Origin: Candidatus Woesearchaeota archaeon
GTDB lineage: Archaea > Nanobdellota > Nanobdellia > UBA10117 > GCA-020343615
DNA length: 64,000 bases
Direction: 5' to 3'
Assembly: GCA_020343615.1 (NCBI GenBank)
Contig: CP070803.1
Coordinates: 628,166 to 692,165 of the forward strand
Both the position numbers and the translations under genes were made by a program. Positions 19,109 to 28,880 of this stretch are shown piece by piece. Numbering within the stretch: the first letter of the stretch is position 1; every line of letters begins with the position of its first letter. The notes beneath the pieces are model-generated. The model was not told the origin of the DNA. It worked only from the letters and a program-made list of their open reading frames with translations, and made no database searches.

Positions 19109-20380
19109 GTGATGGTTGTTAATATTGATAATCTTAAGAGACAGGACCCTAAGTTAGCAATATTGCTTGGGAAGGAATTAGAAAAGCAGAAGAACACTGT
19201 TAATTTGATTGCTTCAGAAAATTATACTTCTCTACCGGTTTTAGAAGCTACAGCATCTGTTCTCACAAACAAATATTCTGAAGGTTATCCAAGAGCAAGG
19301 TATTATGAAGGTAACGAATATATAGATGAAATAGAACAGCTGGCAATTGATAGAGCGAAAAAGTTATTCGGGGCAGATCATGCTAATGTTCAAGCCCTTT
19401 CAGGTTCTCCAGCCAATATGGCTGTATACATGGCCCTACTTAATTTAGGAGATAAAACAATGGCCATGAATTTAGATCAAGGCGGCCATCTAACTCATGG
19501 GAGTAAAGTTAGTTTCTCAGGTAAATGGTATAATTTTGTTCATTATAGCCTTTCTAAAGAGACAGAAATGCTAGATATGGATGAAATTAGAAAATTAGCA
19601 ATTAAAGAAAAACCAAAACTGATTGTTTGTGGAGCTTCTGCTTATCCTAGAAAAATTGACTTCAAGGCTTTCAGAGATATAGCTAATGAAGTCGGAGCGT
19701 ATTTAGTAGCAGACATTGCTCACATTGCTGGTTTAATTGCAGCAGAAGAACACATAAATTCTGTTCCGTATGCTGATATTACAACCTCTACAACACAAAA
19801 AACATTAAGAGGCCCTAGAAGTGGACTAATATTATGCAAAGAAGAATACGCTAAAAAGGTAGATTCTGCTGTATTTCCAGGCATTAGTGGAGGCCCGCAT
19901 GAACATATAATTGCCGCAAAAGCTGTAGCATTTAAGGAGGCTATGCAGCCAGAATTTAAGGATTATCAACGGCAAGTCGTAGAAAACGCAAAGGTATTGG
20001 CCCAGAATTTAAAAGATAAGGGTTTTAGGCTCATTTCAGGCGGAACAGATACCCATCTCGTACTAGTGGACCTTACAAACAAAGGAATAACAGGTAAACA
20101 AGCATCAGAAGCCTTAATTAGAGCAAATATTATAGTTAATATGAATATGATACCTTTTGATAAAAGAACACCTAGAGACCCTAGCGGAATTAGGCTAGGT
20201 ACGCCCGCACTAACAACAAGAGGATTTAAAGACGAAGAAATAGCAGCTGTTGCAGAAGGTATAGATATAGTCTTATCAAATATGAATAATAATAAAAAAA
20301 TAGAAAAAGTAAAAGAAGATATAATCGATCTATGTAAAAAATTCCCAATTTATCCAGAATTAAATTATGAAGGTAGATAG
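19109..20380 (+). CDS. glyA: serine hydroxymethyltransferase (bacterial-type)
   Basis: [39 protein letters not shown]. Confidence 0.95.
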   Translation: MMVVNIDNLKRQDPKLAILLGKELEKQKNTVNLIASENYTSLPVLEATASVLTNKYSEGYPRARYYEGNEYIDEIEQLAIDRAKKLFGADHANVQALSGSPANMAVYMALLNLGDKTMAMNLDQGGHLTHGSKVSFSGKWYNFVHYSLSKETEMLDMDEIRKLAIKEKPKLIVCGASAYPRKIDFKAFRDIANEVGAYLVADIAHIAGLIAAEEHINSVPYADITTSTTQKTLRGPRSGLILCKEEYAKKVDSAVFPGISGGPHEHIIAAKAVAFKEAMQPEFKDYQRQVVENAKVLAQNLKDKGFRLISGGTDTHLVLVDLTNKGITGKQASEALIRANIIVNMNMIPFDKRTPRDPSGIRLGTPALTTRGFKDEEIAAVAEGIDIVLSNMNNNKKIEKVKEDIIDLCKKFPIYPELNYEGR

Positions 20381-21770
20381 TATGTCTGATGAAAATAAAA
20401 GAAGGATATATGCATTAACTGGATTTCCCCCCGAGGTCACTGCAGTTACATTCGCGAAATGTTCAAGGAGCCCAGAACAATTTGATAAAATTGCAAAAGA
20501 GCTTAATGAAGATAAATCAAGACAATTCCATGAAAAATGGGTTGTTGGTTTTGGTCATTCTTCTGTAGCAGAGCATGCAGTATTATCTCTAGCAATAGAG
20601 AATGTTTCAATTCTCGCGACAAAAGTAATCGAAGACAATAGATTATGTTCCTTCACAGAGAAATCAACAAGGTATCAACTTTTTGATAGGAATAGGTATT
20701 ACAAACCAAAAAACCTAATGAATTCTTCTTTTGCGAAAGTGTACACAGAAACAGCAGACTATCTTTTAGATACATATAATTCTCTATTTCCACCAATGAT
20801 TGAATTCTGGAAGAAAAGATATCCTAAACCAGAGGATGCATCTGATAGATTGTATGAAGTGCAGTTAAATAACAAAGCACTTGACGTATTAAGATATATG
20901 CTACCAGTTTCTGTCCTCACAAATTTAGGAATGACTGTAAATGCAAGGAACTTAGAGCATGCAATAGTCAAACTACTTTCACATCCTTTAGAAGAAATGA
21001 GAGAAATAGGTGAGGATATAAAAGAAGCTGCTCTGAAAATAACCCCGACTCTTGTGAAATATACAAATTACAATAAGTATCTTGGAGAGACATGTTCTGA
21101 AATGGAGAAGTTAGCAAGAGAGTTAGTTGGCTCAACCAAAGGGGATGAAGAACAAAAAGCAACATTAGTAGAATACGATGAAGATGCAGATGATAAGATT
21201 GTAACATCTCTATTATATCGATTTTCAAATCTCCATTATAATGAAATAAAAGATAAAGTAAAAGAAATGTCTCAAAAGGAAAAAGAAAAAGTAATAGACG
21301 AGTCTCTATGCAAGATGGATAAATTTGACTGGCCTCTAAGAGAATTTGAGCATATCTATTACACCTTTGACGTGCTTATGGATTATGGTACATTCAGAGA
21401 TTTACAAAGACATAGAATATGTACACAAACTAATCAAAAATGTACAGTAGCTCATGGTTATTGCACACCTGAAGAAATTGAAGAGGCAGGGTTAAAAGAA
21501 AAATATGACAAATGTATGAAAAAAGCATTAGATGCTTATCAAAAAATATCAAAAGAATTTCCAGAAGAAGCACAATACATTGTGCCCCTAGCTTTTAGAA
21601 AGAGAACGCTTTTCACAATGAATCTAAGAGAATGTCATCACCTTATAAAATTAAGAACAACCAAGCAAGCACATAAATCTTATAAGCAAATAGCAAGACA
21701 AATGTATGCGGAAATAAAGAAAGTACACCCTCTAATGGCTAAATACATTAGAGTAACTCTAACAGACTAA
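20367..21770 (+). CDS. thyX: FAD-dependent thymidylate synthase, tandem-domain type
   Basis: GHSSVAEH and EKSTRY in the N-domain; FEH and FRDLQRHR in the C-domain. Confidence 0.9.
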   Translation: MKVDSMSDENKRRIYALTGFPPEVTAVTFAKCSRSPEQFDKIAKELNEDKSRQFHEKWVVGFGHSSVAEHAVLSLAIENVSILATKVIEDNRLCSFTEKSTRYQLFDRNRYYKPKNLMNSSFAKVYTETADYLLDTYNSLFPPMIEFWKKRYPKPEDASDRLYEVQLNNKALDVLRYMLPVSVLTNLGMTVNARNLEHAIVKLLSHPLEEMREIGEDIKEAALKITPTLVKYTNYNKYLGETCSEMEKLARELVGSTKGDEEQKATLVEYDEDADDKIVTSLLYRFSNLHYNEIKDKVKEMSQKEKEKVIDESLCKMDKFDWPLREFEHIYYTFDVLMDYGTFRDLQRHRICTQTNQKCTVAHGYCTPEEIEEAGLKEKYDKCMKKALDAYQKISKEFPEEAQYIVPLAFRKRTLFTMNLRECHHLIKLRTTKQAHKSYKQIARQMYAEIKKVHPLMAKYIRVTLTD

Positions 21771-21778
21771 CTTATAAA

Positions 21779-22303
21779 ATGAAAAGAAAAAGACCAAATA
21801 AAGATAGATACTATCTAGAAATTGCTGACTCTATAGCTAAACGTGCAACTTGTTTAAGAATGCAAACAGGAGCAGTTATTGTTAATAATGATCAAATAAT
21901 AAGTAGTGGATATGTTGGAGCCCCAAGAGGAGTTCCCAATTGTTGTGATCTCGAGGAATGTTATAGAAATAAGAAAAAGATTCCACATGGACATCATTAT
22001 GAAAAATGTAGATCTGTACACGCTGAAGCAAATGCAATTATACACGCTCCTAGAGAGTTAATGATTGGTTCGACATTATATATGGTTGGTAGAAATTTAA
22101 GAGTAAAAGGAGATCCGATCGTACCTATATTCCCATGTATGATGTGTAAGAGATTTGTTATAAATGCAGGGATAAAAAGAGTTGTTACAATGAATGCAGA
22201 AGGTAAGATTTTCGAAAAAGATGTTAAAGAATGGATTGAAGAAGCAAAAGAACATCCATACAAAGAAATTGAAGAGCCAGATTACAATTGGGAATTAGAG
22301 TAA
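21779..22303 (+). CDS. dCMP deaminase (ComEB/CodA family)
   Basis: RATCLR, HAEANAI, PCMMCKR zinc motifs. Confidence 0.9.
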   Translation: MKRKRPNKDRYYLEIADSIAKRATCLRMQTGAVIVNNDQIISSGYVGAPRGVPNCCDLEECYRNKKKIPHGHHYEKCRSVHAEANAIIHAPRELMIGSTLYMVGRNLRVKGDPIVPIFPCMMCKRFVINAGIKRVVTMNAEGKIFEKDVKEWIEEAKEHPYKEIEEPDYNWELE

Positions 22304-22307
22304 TAAG

Positions 22308-22976
22308 ATGAAATATAAACTAATCCTATTTGATTTGGATGGAACCTTATTTGATGTTGGATTTTTTGAAAATAAAAGAAAACAAGCTGCAAGTACATGG
22401 ACACTAATTGATCGAGAATTAGGATGTACTAAAGAGAAAGATAGATTGTTGGAGAGATGGATAAATAATGAATTTGATTTTGAGACATGGGCGAAATTAG
22501 CAACTGAAATCTATAAAAGACATAATCTAACAGAATCTCAATTTAACAAAGTAATTGAGTCTATTAAAGTTATGCCAGGAGCTAAAGAAACTTTATCTAA
22601 GTTAAAAAGTTATAAAACTGCAGTAATTACTGGAAGCTTTAGAAAATTAGCATTAAGGGCGAAGACAGAGTTAGGGATAAATTATATTTTTGCAGCAGCA
22701 GAGTTTATCTTTGATAAAACTGGGAAGTTAATTAGCTATACTATCTTACCTTGTGATTACGATAATAAAATTACTTTCTTTAATGCTTTGATAAAAAGCT
22801 TAAATATTTCTCCAGAAGAGTGCATTTTTGTAGGAGATGGAGTAAATGATATTCCAATAGCTAAAGAAGTAGGCTTATCCATTGCATTTAATGCGAGAGA
22901 GGAGCTAAAAGAAGTTTGTGATGTTATTATTGATAAAAAAGATTTAAGAGAAATATTAAATCATCTTCCTAGCTGA
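22308..22976 (+). CDS. HAD phosphatase, SerB-like
   Basis: FDLDGTL, ITGS, VGDGVND. Confidence 0.8.
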   Translation: MKYKLILFDLDGTLFDVGFFENKRKQAASTWTLIDRELGCTKEKDRLLERWINNEFDFETWAKLATEIYKRHNLTESQFNKVIESIKVMPGAKETLSKLKSYKTAVITGSFRKLALRAKTELGINYIFAAAEFIFDKTGKLISYTILPCDYDNKITFFNALIKSLNISPEECIFVGDGVNDIPIAKEVGLSIAFNAREELKEVCDVIIDKKDLREILNHLPS

Positions 22977-23512
22977 AACTTAGATATCTTCTCATAAATA
23001 GGACCATCTGATGTTAAAGTGCTCTTATATAGACAAAAAGAATCTATAGTGATTTCTCCGAACTTAATGTCTTTGTTTTTTTCAAAAAAAGAGGAGGCTT
23101 TATCTTTATTTGATATATTCTTAACTCTTGATAAGGTAATATGCGGCTCAAAGTTTCTATCCTTATGGAAGATATCCTTTAGTTTTTCATCAATCAAATT
23201 ATGCAGCTCTATAATCTCCTTTCTACCTTTATTAGCTCCAATCCACAATACCTTCACGTAATGCTTACTAGGGAAGGCTCTGATACCTTCCAAAGAAGCA
23301 GTAAAAGGCGTATACTTAATCTCACTAAGTAATCTCTCTACTTCCTCGATCTTACTAAGATCAACTTCTCCGAGGAACTTCAAAGATATATGCAAATTTT
23401 CAGATTCTACATATTTTCCGTAGAAGACGCCCATATGATCGGTTTGTTTAATAAACCTATTTACTTCCTCTCTCAAATTTTCCGATAAGTCAATACCGAC
23501 GAAACAACGCAT
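22961..23512 (-). CDS. thpR: RNA 2',3'-cyclic phosphodiesterase (2H family)
   Basis: HISLKFLG and PHITLSR; STLTSDGPIY. Confidence 0.9.
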   Translation of the reverse strand: MRCFVGIDLSENLREEVNRFIKQTDHMGVFYGKYVESENLHISLKFLGEVDLSKIEEVERLLSEIKYTPFTASLEGIRAFPSKHYVKVLWIGANKGRKEIIELHNLIDEKLKDIFHKDRNFEPHITLSRVKNISNKDKASSFFEKNKDIKFGEITIDSFCLYKSTLTSDGPIYEKISKFQLGR

Positions 23513-23572
23513 TTTCTTTGGTATATAAATGTTTAAAAATGCTCTTTTTAAATAAATTTTACGATTTTTGAG

Positions 23573-23652
23573 GTATAATATCTTGTAGTAAATAAATGCT
23601 TTTAAATACCATATGTTGTAAGTATAATAACATACAGCACAATATCTTGTAT
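23573..23652 (+). promoter_or_regulatory. three NrdR boxes, one overlapping the TATA box
   Basis: gtataatatcttgtag 23573-88, ataccatatgttgtaa 23606-21, gcacaatatcttgtat 23637-52; 33/31-bp spacing; tttaaata 23601-08. Confidence 0.8.
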
Positions 23653-23667
23653 ATTTGTAGGTTTACG

Positions 23668-24111
23668 ATGAAGTGTCCGTATTGCAATTTTGAAGAAACA
23701 AGAGTGGTGGACTCCAGAGAAACTGAAGATCTAAAAACCACTAGAAGAAGGAGAGAATGTGCAATCTGTAAAAAGAGATTTACAACATACGAAAGAATAG
23801 AAAATGGTTTTCTAGTTGTTATCAAGAAAGATGGCAGGAGAGAAACATTTGACAGAGATAAACTTATGCGGAGCATATTGAAAGCTTGCGAAAAAAGGCC
23901 TATAAACATAAGAACAATTGAAAAGATAGTGCAGGATATCGAAGACGAACTGAGAAAAGAAGGAGAGATAGAAGTTTCTAGTAAAATTATAGGAGAAATG
24001 GTCATAGAACGATTGAAGAAATTAGATAAAGTTTCCTACATTCGTTTTGCTTCTGTTTATAGAGAATTCGAAGACATTAGCCAATTCATTAAAGAGGTGA
24101 ATGATTTATGA
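23668..24111 (+). CDS. nrdR: transcriptional repressor NrdR
   Basis: MKCPYC...RRRRECAIC..RFTTYE zinc ribbon + ATP cone, YIRFASVYREF. Confidence 0.95.
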   Translation: MKCPYCNFEETRVVDSRETEDLKTTRRRRECAICKKRFTTYERIENGFLVVIKKDGRRETFDRDKLMRSILKACEKRPINIRTIEKIVQDIEDELRKEGEIEVSSKIIGEMVIERLKKLDKVSYIRFASVYREFEDISQFIKEVNDL

Positions 24112-26144
24112 TAAAATACGTTAAGAAAAGAATTGGTAGAATAGTGAAATTCAATAAAGAAAAAATTACTGAAGCTATTTTTAAAGCAGCCCAAGCAGTA
24201 GGAGGAAAAGATAAAAAACTATCTGCGAAGCTTGCTGATAAAGTTGTAAAACTACTAGAAGAAGAGTTTGATGGTAGAATCCCAACTGTTGAAGATGTAC
24301 AAAATAAAGTAGAAAAAATATTAATAGAAAATGGACACGCAGCAACAGCTAAAGCGTATATTCTCTACAGAGAGCAGCATAAGAACATAAGAGAAACAAC
24401 TCAATTATTGAGAGATATTAGAGTAGTTGATGACTATGTAAAAGAATTAGATTGGAGAATAAGAGAAAACAGCAATATGACTTATTCTTTGCAAGGGTTG
24501 AATGTAAACATAACAGAAAAAGTAATTTCAAATTATTGGTTAAATAATATTTACCCTAAAGAAATAAGAGAGAGTCACATTGACGGAGATTTTCATATTC
24601 ATGATTTAGGAACTTTAGGAGCTTATTGTGTAGGATGGGATTTACAAGATTTAATTGCAGTAGGTTTCAAAGGAGTAAGAGGTAAGATAGAAAGTAAGCC
24701 AGCGAAACACTTTGATGTAGCGTTGATGCAACTGGTGAATTTTCTTTATACATTACAAGGAGAAGCAGCAGGAGCTCAGGCGGTTTCTAACTTTGATACA
24801 TTGCTAGCTCCATTTATAAGATATGACAATCTCAATGAAAAGCAAGTAAAACAAGCAGTACAGAAGTTTTTATTTAATATGAATGTCCCAACAAGAGTTG
24901 GCTTCCAAACCCCCTTCACAAATGTAACTCTTGATTTGAAATATCCACAGTATATGAGAAAAGAGAATGCTATTGTAGGTGGGAAATTACAAAAAGAAAC
25001 ATATGAGGAATTCCAACCTGAAGCAGATGTAATAAATAAAGTTTTTGCAGAGGTTATGCTTAAAGGAGACGCAAAAGGAAGACCATTTACTTTTCCAATC
25101 CCTACATACAATATAACAAAGGATTTTGATTGGGACAATAAAAACTATGATGGAATATGGGAGATGACAGCAAAATACGGAATTCCGTATTTCGCTAATT
25201 TTGTCAATTCTGATATGCACCCAGATGATGCAAGAAGTATGTGTTGCAGATTAAGGTTGGACAAGAGAGAACTAAGAAAAAGAGGCGGAGGATTATTTGG
25301 ATCAAATCCATTAACAGGATCCATAGGAGTTGTAACAATAAATATGCCTCGTATAGCTTACAAATCTAAAGAAGAGGCAGACTTTTTCGAAACACTCGGA
25401 AGATTAATGGATAGAGCTATGGAAAGCTTAATCATAAAAAGAGAGATTTTAGAGAGATTCACAGAGAGAGGTCTTTATCCTTATAGTAAATTTTACTTAA
25501 GAGAGATATATAAAGCATTTGGAGAATATTGGAAAAATCATTTCTCAACAATAGGTCTTATTGGAATGAATGATGCTCTAATAAATATACTTGATTTAGA
25601 TATTTCAACAAAAGATGGAATAAAGTTCGCAAATAAAACTCTTGACTTTATGAGAGAAAGACTTGCAGATTATCAAGAAGAGACAGGGAATATCTTTAAT
25701 TTAGAAGCTACACCTGGAGAAGGAACTTCATATAGATTAGCTAAACTTGACAGAAACAAGTATCCAGATATTAAGATATATAACCAAGAGATATACAAAA
25801 AAAACGCAGAGCCCTATTATACCAACAGTTCACATCTTCCAGTAGGATTTACAGATGATATGTTTGAAGCATTGAAGCTACAAGACTCATTACAAATTAA
25901 ATATACCGGCGGAACAGTACTACATGGTTTTATTGGAGAAGCTATGCCAAGTATAGAATCTATTAAAACCTTAATAAGGAACATAGCACATAATTTCCAT
26001 TTACCTTATTATACTGTTACTCCCACATTTAGTATTTGTCCAGTACACGGTTATTTATCTGGAGCACACAAATACTGCCCAAAATGTGACGAAGAAATTG
26101 AATGTATCGCAAGAGGTAGAAAAAATGAAAAAAGCAGAATCTAA
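24108..26144 (+). CDS. nrdD: class III anaerobic RNR catalytic subunit with ATP cone, lacking glycyl-radical domain
   Basis: ATP cone, HIHDL, YCVGW, SMCCRL, LEATPGEG, YTGGTVLH, CPVHG...CPKC. Confidence 0.9.
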   Translation: MIKYVKKRIGRIVKFNKEKITEAIFKAAQAVGGKDKKLSAKLADKVVKLLEEEFDGRIPTVEDVQNKVEKILIENGHAATAKAYILYREQHKNIRETTQLLRDIRVVDDYVKELDWRIRENSNMTYSLQGLNVNITEKVISNYWLNNIYPKEIRESHIDGDFHIHDLGTLGAYCVGWDLQDLIAVGFKGVRGKIESKPAKHFDVALMQLVNFLYTLQGEAAGAQAVSNFDTLLAPFIRYDNLNEKQVKQAVQKFLFNMNVPTRVGFQTPFTNVTLDLKYPQYMRKENAIVGGKLQKETYEEFQPEADVINKVFAEVMLKGDAKGRPFTFPIPTYNITKDFDWDNKNYDGIWEMTAKYGIPYFANFVNSDMHPDDARSMCCRLRLDKRELRKRGGGLFGSNPLTGSIGVVTINMPRIAYKSKEEADFFETLGRLMDRAMESLIIKREILERFTERGLYPYSKFYLREIYKAFGEYWKNHFSTIGLIGMNDALINILDLDISTKDGIKFANKTLDFMRERLADYQEETGNIFNLEATPGEGTSYRLAKLDRNKYPDIKIYNQEIYKKNAEPYYTNSSHLPVGFTDDMFEALKLQDSLQIKYTGGTVLHGFIGEAMPSIESIKTLIRNIAHNFHLPYYTVTPTFSICPVHGYLSGAHKYCPKCDEEIECIARGRKNEKSRI

Positions 26145-26295
26145 GAAAAAAAGAACTAAATGTGAAATTTGGTCTAGAGCTGTAGGTTATTTGAGACCTG
26201 TAGAACAGTGGCACTCTGGCAAGCAAGCAGAGTTCAAAGATAGAAAAACTTATGATAAACAGTGCAGCGATAACCCAGCGAATCTAGGAAATTAA
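26125..26295 (+). CDS. stand-alone NrdD glycyl-radical domain (56 aa)
   Basis: CEIWSRAVGYLRPVEQWHSGKQAEFKDR; own GAGGT SD-like site before ATG 26125. Confidence 0.85.
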   Translation: MKKAESKKKRTKCEIWSRAVGYLRPVEQWHSGKQAEFKDRKTYDKQCSDNPANLGN

Positions 26296-26303
26296 TTGTT
26301 CAA

Positions 26304-26990
26304 ATGAAAATCGGAGCAATCCTCCCCCAGAGCTTAATAGACTATCCTGGGAAGGTCTCCGCAGTATTTTTTACAATTGGATGTAATTTTAAGTGCCCTT
26401 ATTGTTATAATACAAAATTAGCTTTAGGTAAAATAAAACAACTAACGAAAGAAAAAATAGAACATTTTTTAGAAGAAAGAAAAAATTTCATTAATGCAGT
26501 AGTTCTTAGCGGAGGAGAACCCCTTTTACAAAAAGATATTGTTAATTTTGCTAAAAAAATAAAGAAGCATAATCTACTATTCGGGATAGAGACTAATGGT
26601 TCTCAACCAAAAATATTGGAAAAACTCCTAAAAGAAAAGCTTCTTGACTTTGTTGCAATGGATATTAAATCAGATTTTGATAGTTACAAAAATGCCACAG
26701 GAGTAAATGTAAACAAAGAAAACATACTAAAGAGCATAAATCTCTTGAAAAAATCAAAGATACAATATGAATTTAGGATTACTGCAGTTCCTAAATTAAT
26801 AAAAAAAACAGAATTAAAAAAGATAAGTAAATTAGTAAGAGGATCTAAAGTTGTTTTACAACAGTTTGTTAATGATAAAGATATGATTGACAATAAACTC
26901 AAAAAATTAAAACCTTATTCATCAAAAAAACTTGAAGAGTTTAAAGAAGCGCTATCAGAATGTTCTAAAGTAGAGATAAGAATATCTTAA
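26304..26990 (+). CDS. nrdG: anaerobic RNR activating radical SAM enzyme
   Basis: SLIDYPG, GCNFKCPYCYN, SGGEPL, ETNG. Confidence 0.9.
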   Translation: MKIGAILPQSLIDYPGKVSAVFFTIGCNFKCPYCYNTKLALGKIKQLTKEKIEHFLEERKNFINAVVLSGGEPLLQKDIVNFAKKIKKHNLLFGIETNGSQPKILEKLLKEKLLDFVAMDIKSDFDSYKNATGVNVNKENILKSINLLKKSKIQYEFRITAVPKLIKKTELKKISKLVRGSKVVLQQFVNDKDMIDNKLKKLKPYSSKKLEEFKEALSECSKVEIRIS

Positions 26991-27026
26991 AAAAATATAT
27001 AAGCTCTTAATGCTTTTTTATATTTA

Positions 27027-27575
27027 ATGCCTAAAATAATCGGGATAGCTGGAATGCCAGCTGCAGGTAAAACCACAGTCGCTAAAGCCTTAAATAAAGA
27101 CGGAATTAAACTAATACATCTAGGCGATTTCATTTGGGAATATCTTAAAAGAAAACACATAAGAAGAAACCAAGAAACAGGGAATATGACTTCTCTTTAT
27201 TTTTGGGCAGAATACAGAGATATCCCAATAGCTGAATGGGCTTATGAACAGATAAAGAAAACTAAATACAAAAGTTATATTGTAGATGGAATAAGAACAC
27301 TAGAGGAGGTTTTATTTTTTAAAAGTAAGTTCAAAAATAATTTTAAATTAATATCAATTGTAGCTTCACCAGCTACAAGAAAATCAAGAGAAAAAAAGAG
27401 GAAACGTTTTTCCAAAGTTAATTTTGAGATGAGGGATAAAGAAGAATTAACCATCGGAGTTGGGGATGTAATAGCTTCTTCTGATTATTATATTGATGGA
27501 AACAAAACAAAGAAAGAAGTAGTATTGCAGGCTAATCAAATATTCAGAAAAATAGCCTGGGGGAAAAGTTTATAA
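27027..27575 (+). CDS. P-loop nucleotide kinase (archaeal UPF0200 / dephospho-CoA kinase-like)
   Basis: GMPAAGKTT, VDGIR, RDKEELTIG. Confidence 0.75.
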   Translation: MPKIIGIAGMPAAGKTTVAKALNKDGIKLIHLGDFIWEYLKRKHIRRNQETGNMTSLYFWAEYRDIPIAEWAYEQIKKTKYKSYIVDGIRTLEEVLFFKSKFKNNFKLISIVASPATRKSREKKRKRFSKVNFEMRDKEELTIGVGDVIASSDYYIDGNKTKKEVVLQANQIFRKIAWGKSL

Positions 27576-27606
27576 GTTTTAATCTCTTCTGAAGTAGTAA
27601 GAAAGG

Positions 27607-27876
27607 GTGATTTTAATGAGTGATGAAAAAAAGAGAGCAGACCAAATTTTTGGCAAGACCGTTGTTAGTAAAGACGGTAAGAAATATGGCATTATCTCAG
27701 ATTTATCATTTGAAATAAGAACAGGCGAATTAATTTACTTAACCTTGAAAAATCCTACAGAACATACAAAATCTTTAGATTTAGAAAAAAATAAGAAAGG
27801 AGACTATTTGATTCCATTCTCAGCAGTAACAGCTATGGGCGACTTTATAGTTGTAGAAGAAAAAGATATTGTTTAA
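27607..27876 (+). CDS. PRC-barrel protein (CdpB-like)
   Basis: GKTVVSKDGKKYGIISD...TGEL...IPFSAVTAMGDFIVV. Confidence 0.8.
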   Translation: MILMSDEKKRADQIFGKTVVSKDGKKYGIISDLSFEIRTGELIYLTLKNPTEHTKSLDLEKNKKGDYLIPFSAVTAMGDFIVVEEKDIV

Positions 27877-27916
27877 ATTTTAATATATTTCTTAAAAAGC
27901 TTTGACTATTAAATAA

Positions 27917-28827
27917 GCATTTATTATTCAGGATTTCATCTTGAATATTTATTCATCTAAGTAGAAATAAGCTCTGGTTTTAGCAAGGTTTTAATATAAT
28001 TATATAGCAAAAAGAAACTATGGGAATGATTTCAATTGTTTTTGATGATACTATTGAAAATCAATACTTATACGCTTTTCCTTTAATGGAAAAATATGAA
28101 TTAAAGGGTGTTTTAGGAGTCGTAACTGGTAGGGTTGGTAAAACATACTTGCATACTGATGACTGGGAAGTGAAGAGCTTGACATGGGATCAAATAGAAG
28201 AATTCAGTAAAAGAGGGTGGGAAATTGCTAGTCATTCTAAAATGCATAGAAGTATAGAAGGTCCTCATTTAAATGGTAACTATTCTAAATTAAATGAGGT
28301 GGAATTGGAAGAAGAGATTTTAGGATCTAAAAAGGATTTGGAAAATCATGGATATTCTCCTGTTACTTTTATATGGGTTGGTAGTCCAGATCAAAATCCA
28401 TGTACTAAAAGAGAATTAAATGTTGTAAAAAAATATTACAAAGCTGCTCGTTTTTTTATTACTCATAATTTATCTAAAGATTATTTTAAGAAACCAAATT
28501 ATAATTCATTAAACTCTTCTCCATATGACTTAAAAGGTACTTGGTTAAAATCATATGAAGGTTTAATTGAAGACTTTAAAATATCCTTAAAGAATTTAAA
28601 AGATAACTGGTTAATTTTATCGTTACATGGGGTTGACAAAAAGGTGGGTAATTCAGTAGATATTAGTATCTCTGAATTTGAAGAGATTCTAAAGGTAATA
28701 AAGAATTCTAGAGTTAGAGTAGTTACAATAGAAGAGGGCATTAAATATCTAAAATATTAACCTTCTTTTAATTCTAAATAAATATTCAAGAACTCTGAAT
28801 TATTATTCAGGATTCAATAAATATTCA
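27917..28827. promoter_or_regulatory. repeated palindromic motif TGAATAWWTATTCA in the intergenic regions flanking the deacetylase
   Basis: Copies at 27917, 27942, 28775, 28796, 28814. Confidence 0.5.
28020..28760 (+). CDS. polysaccharide deacetylase (CE4/NodB)
   Basis: IVFDD, WEIASHSKMH, LSLHGV. Confidence 0.85.
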   Translation: MGMISIVFDDTIENQYLYAFPLMEKYELKGVLGVVTGRVGKTYLHTDDWEVKSLTWDQIEEFSKRGWEIASHSKMHRSIEGPHLNGNYSKLNEVELEEEILGSKKDLENHGYSPVTFIWVGSPDQNPCTKRELNVVKKYYKAARFFITHNLSKDYFKKPNYNSLNSSPYDLKGTWLKSYEGLIEDFKISLKNLKDNWLILSLHGVDKKVGNSVDISISEFEEILKVIKNSRVRVVTIEEGIKYLKY

Positions 28828-28880
28828 AAGCTTTCTTAAAAGAAAGTATTTTAAACGAACCACTACAAAGTAAAATAACT

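Noticed and set aside
27939..28791. Transposon/MITE terminal inverted repeats around the deacetylase
   Set aside because: The 15-bp IR is explained by a repeated palindromic motif; no transposase or clear target-site duplication
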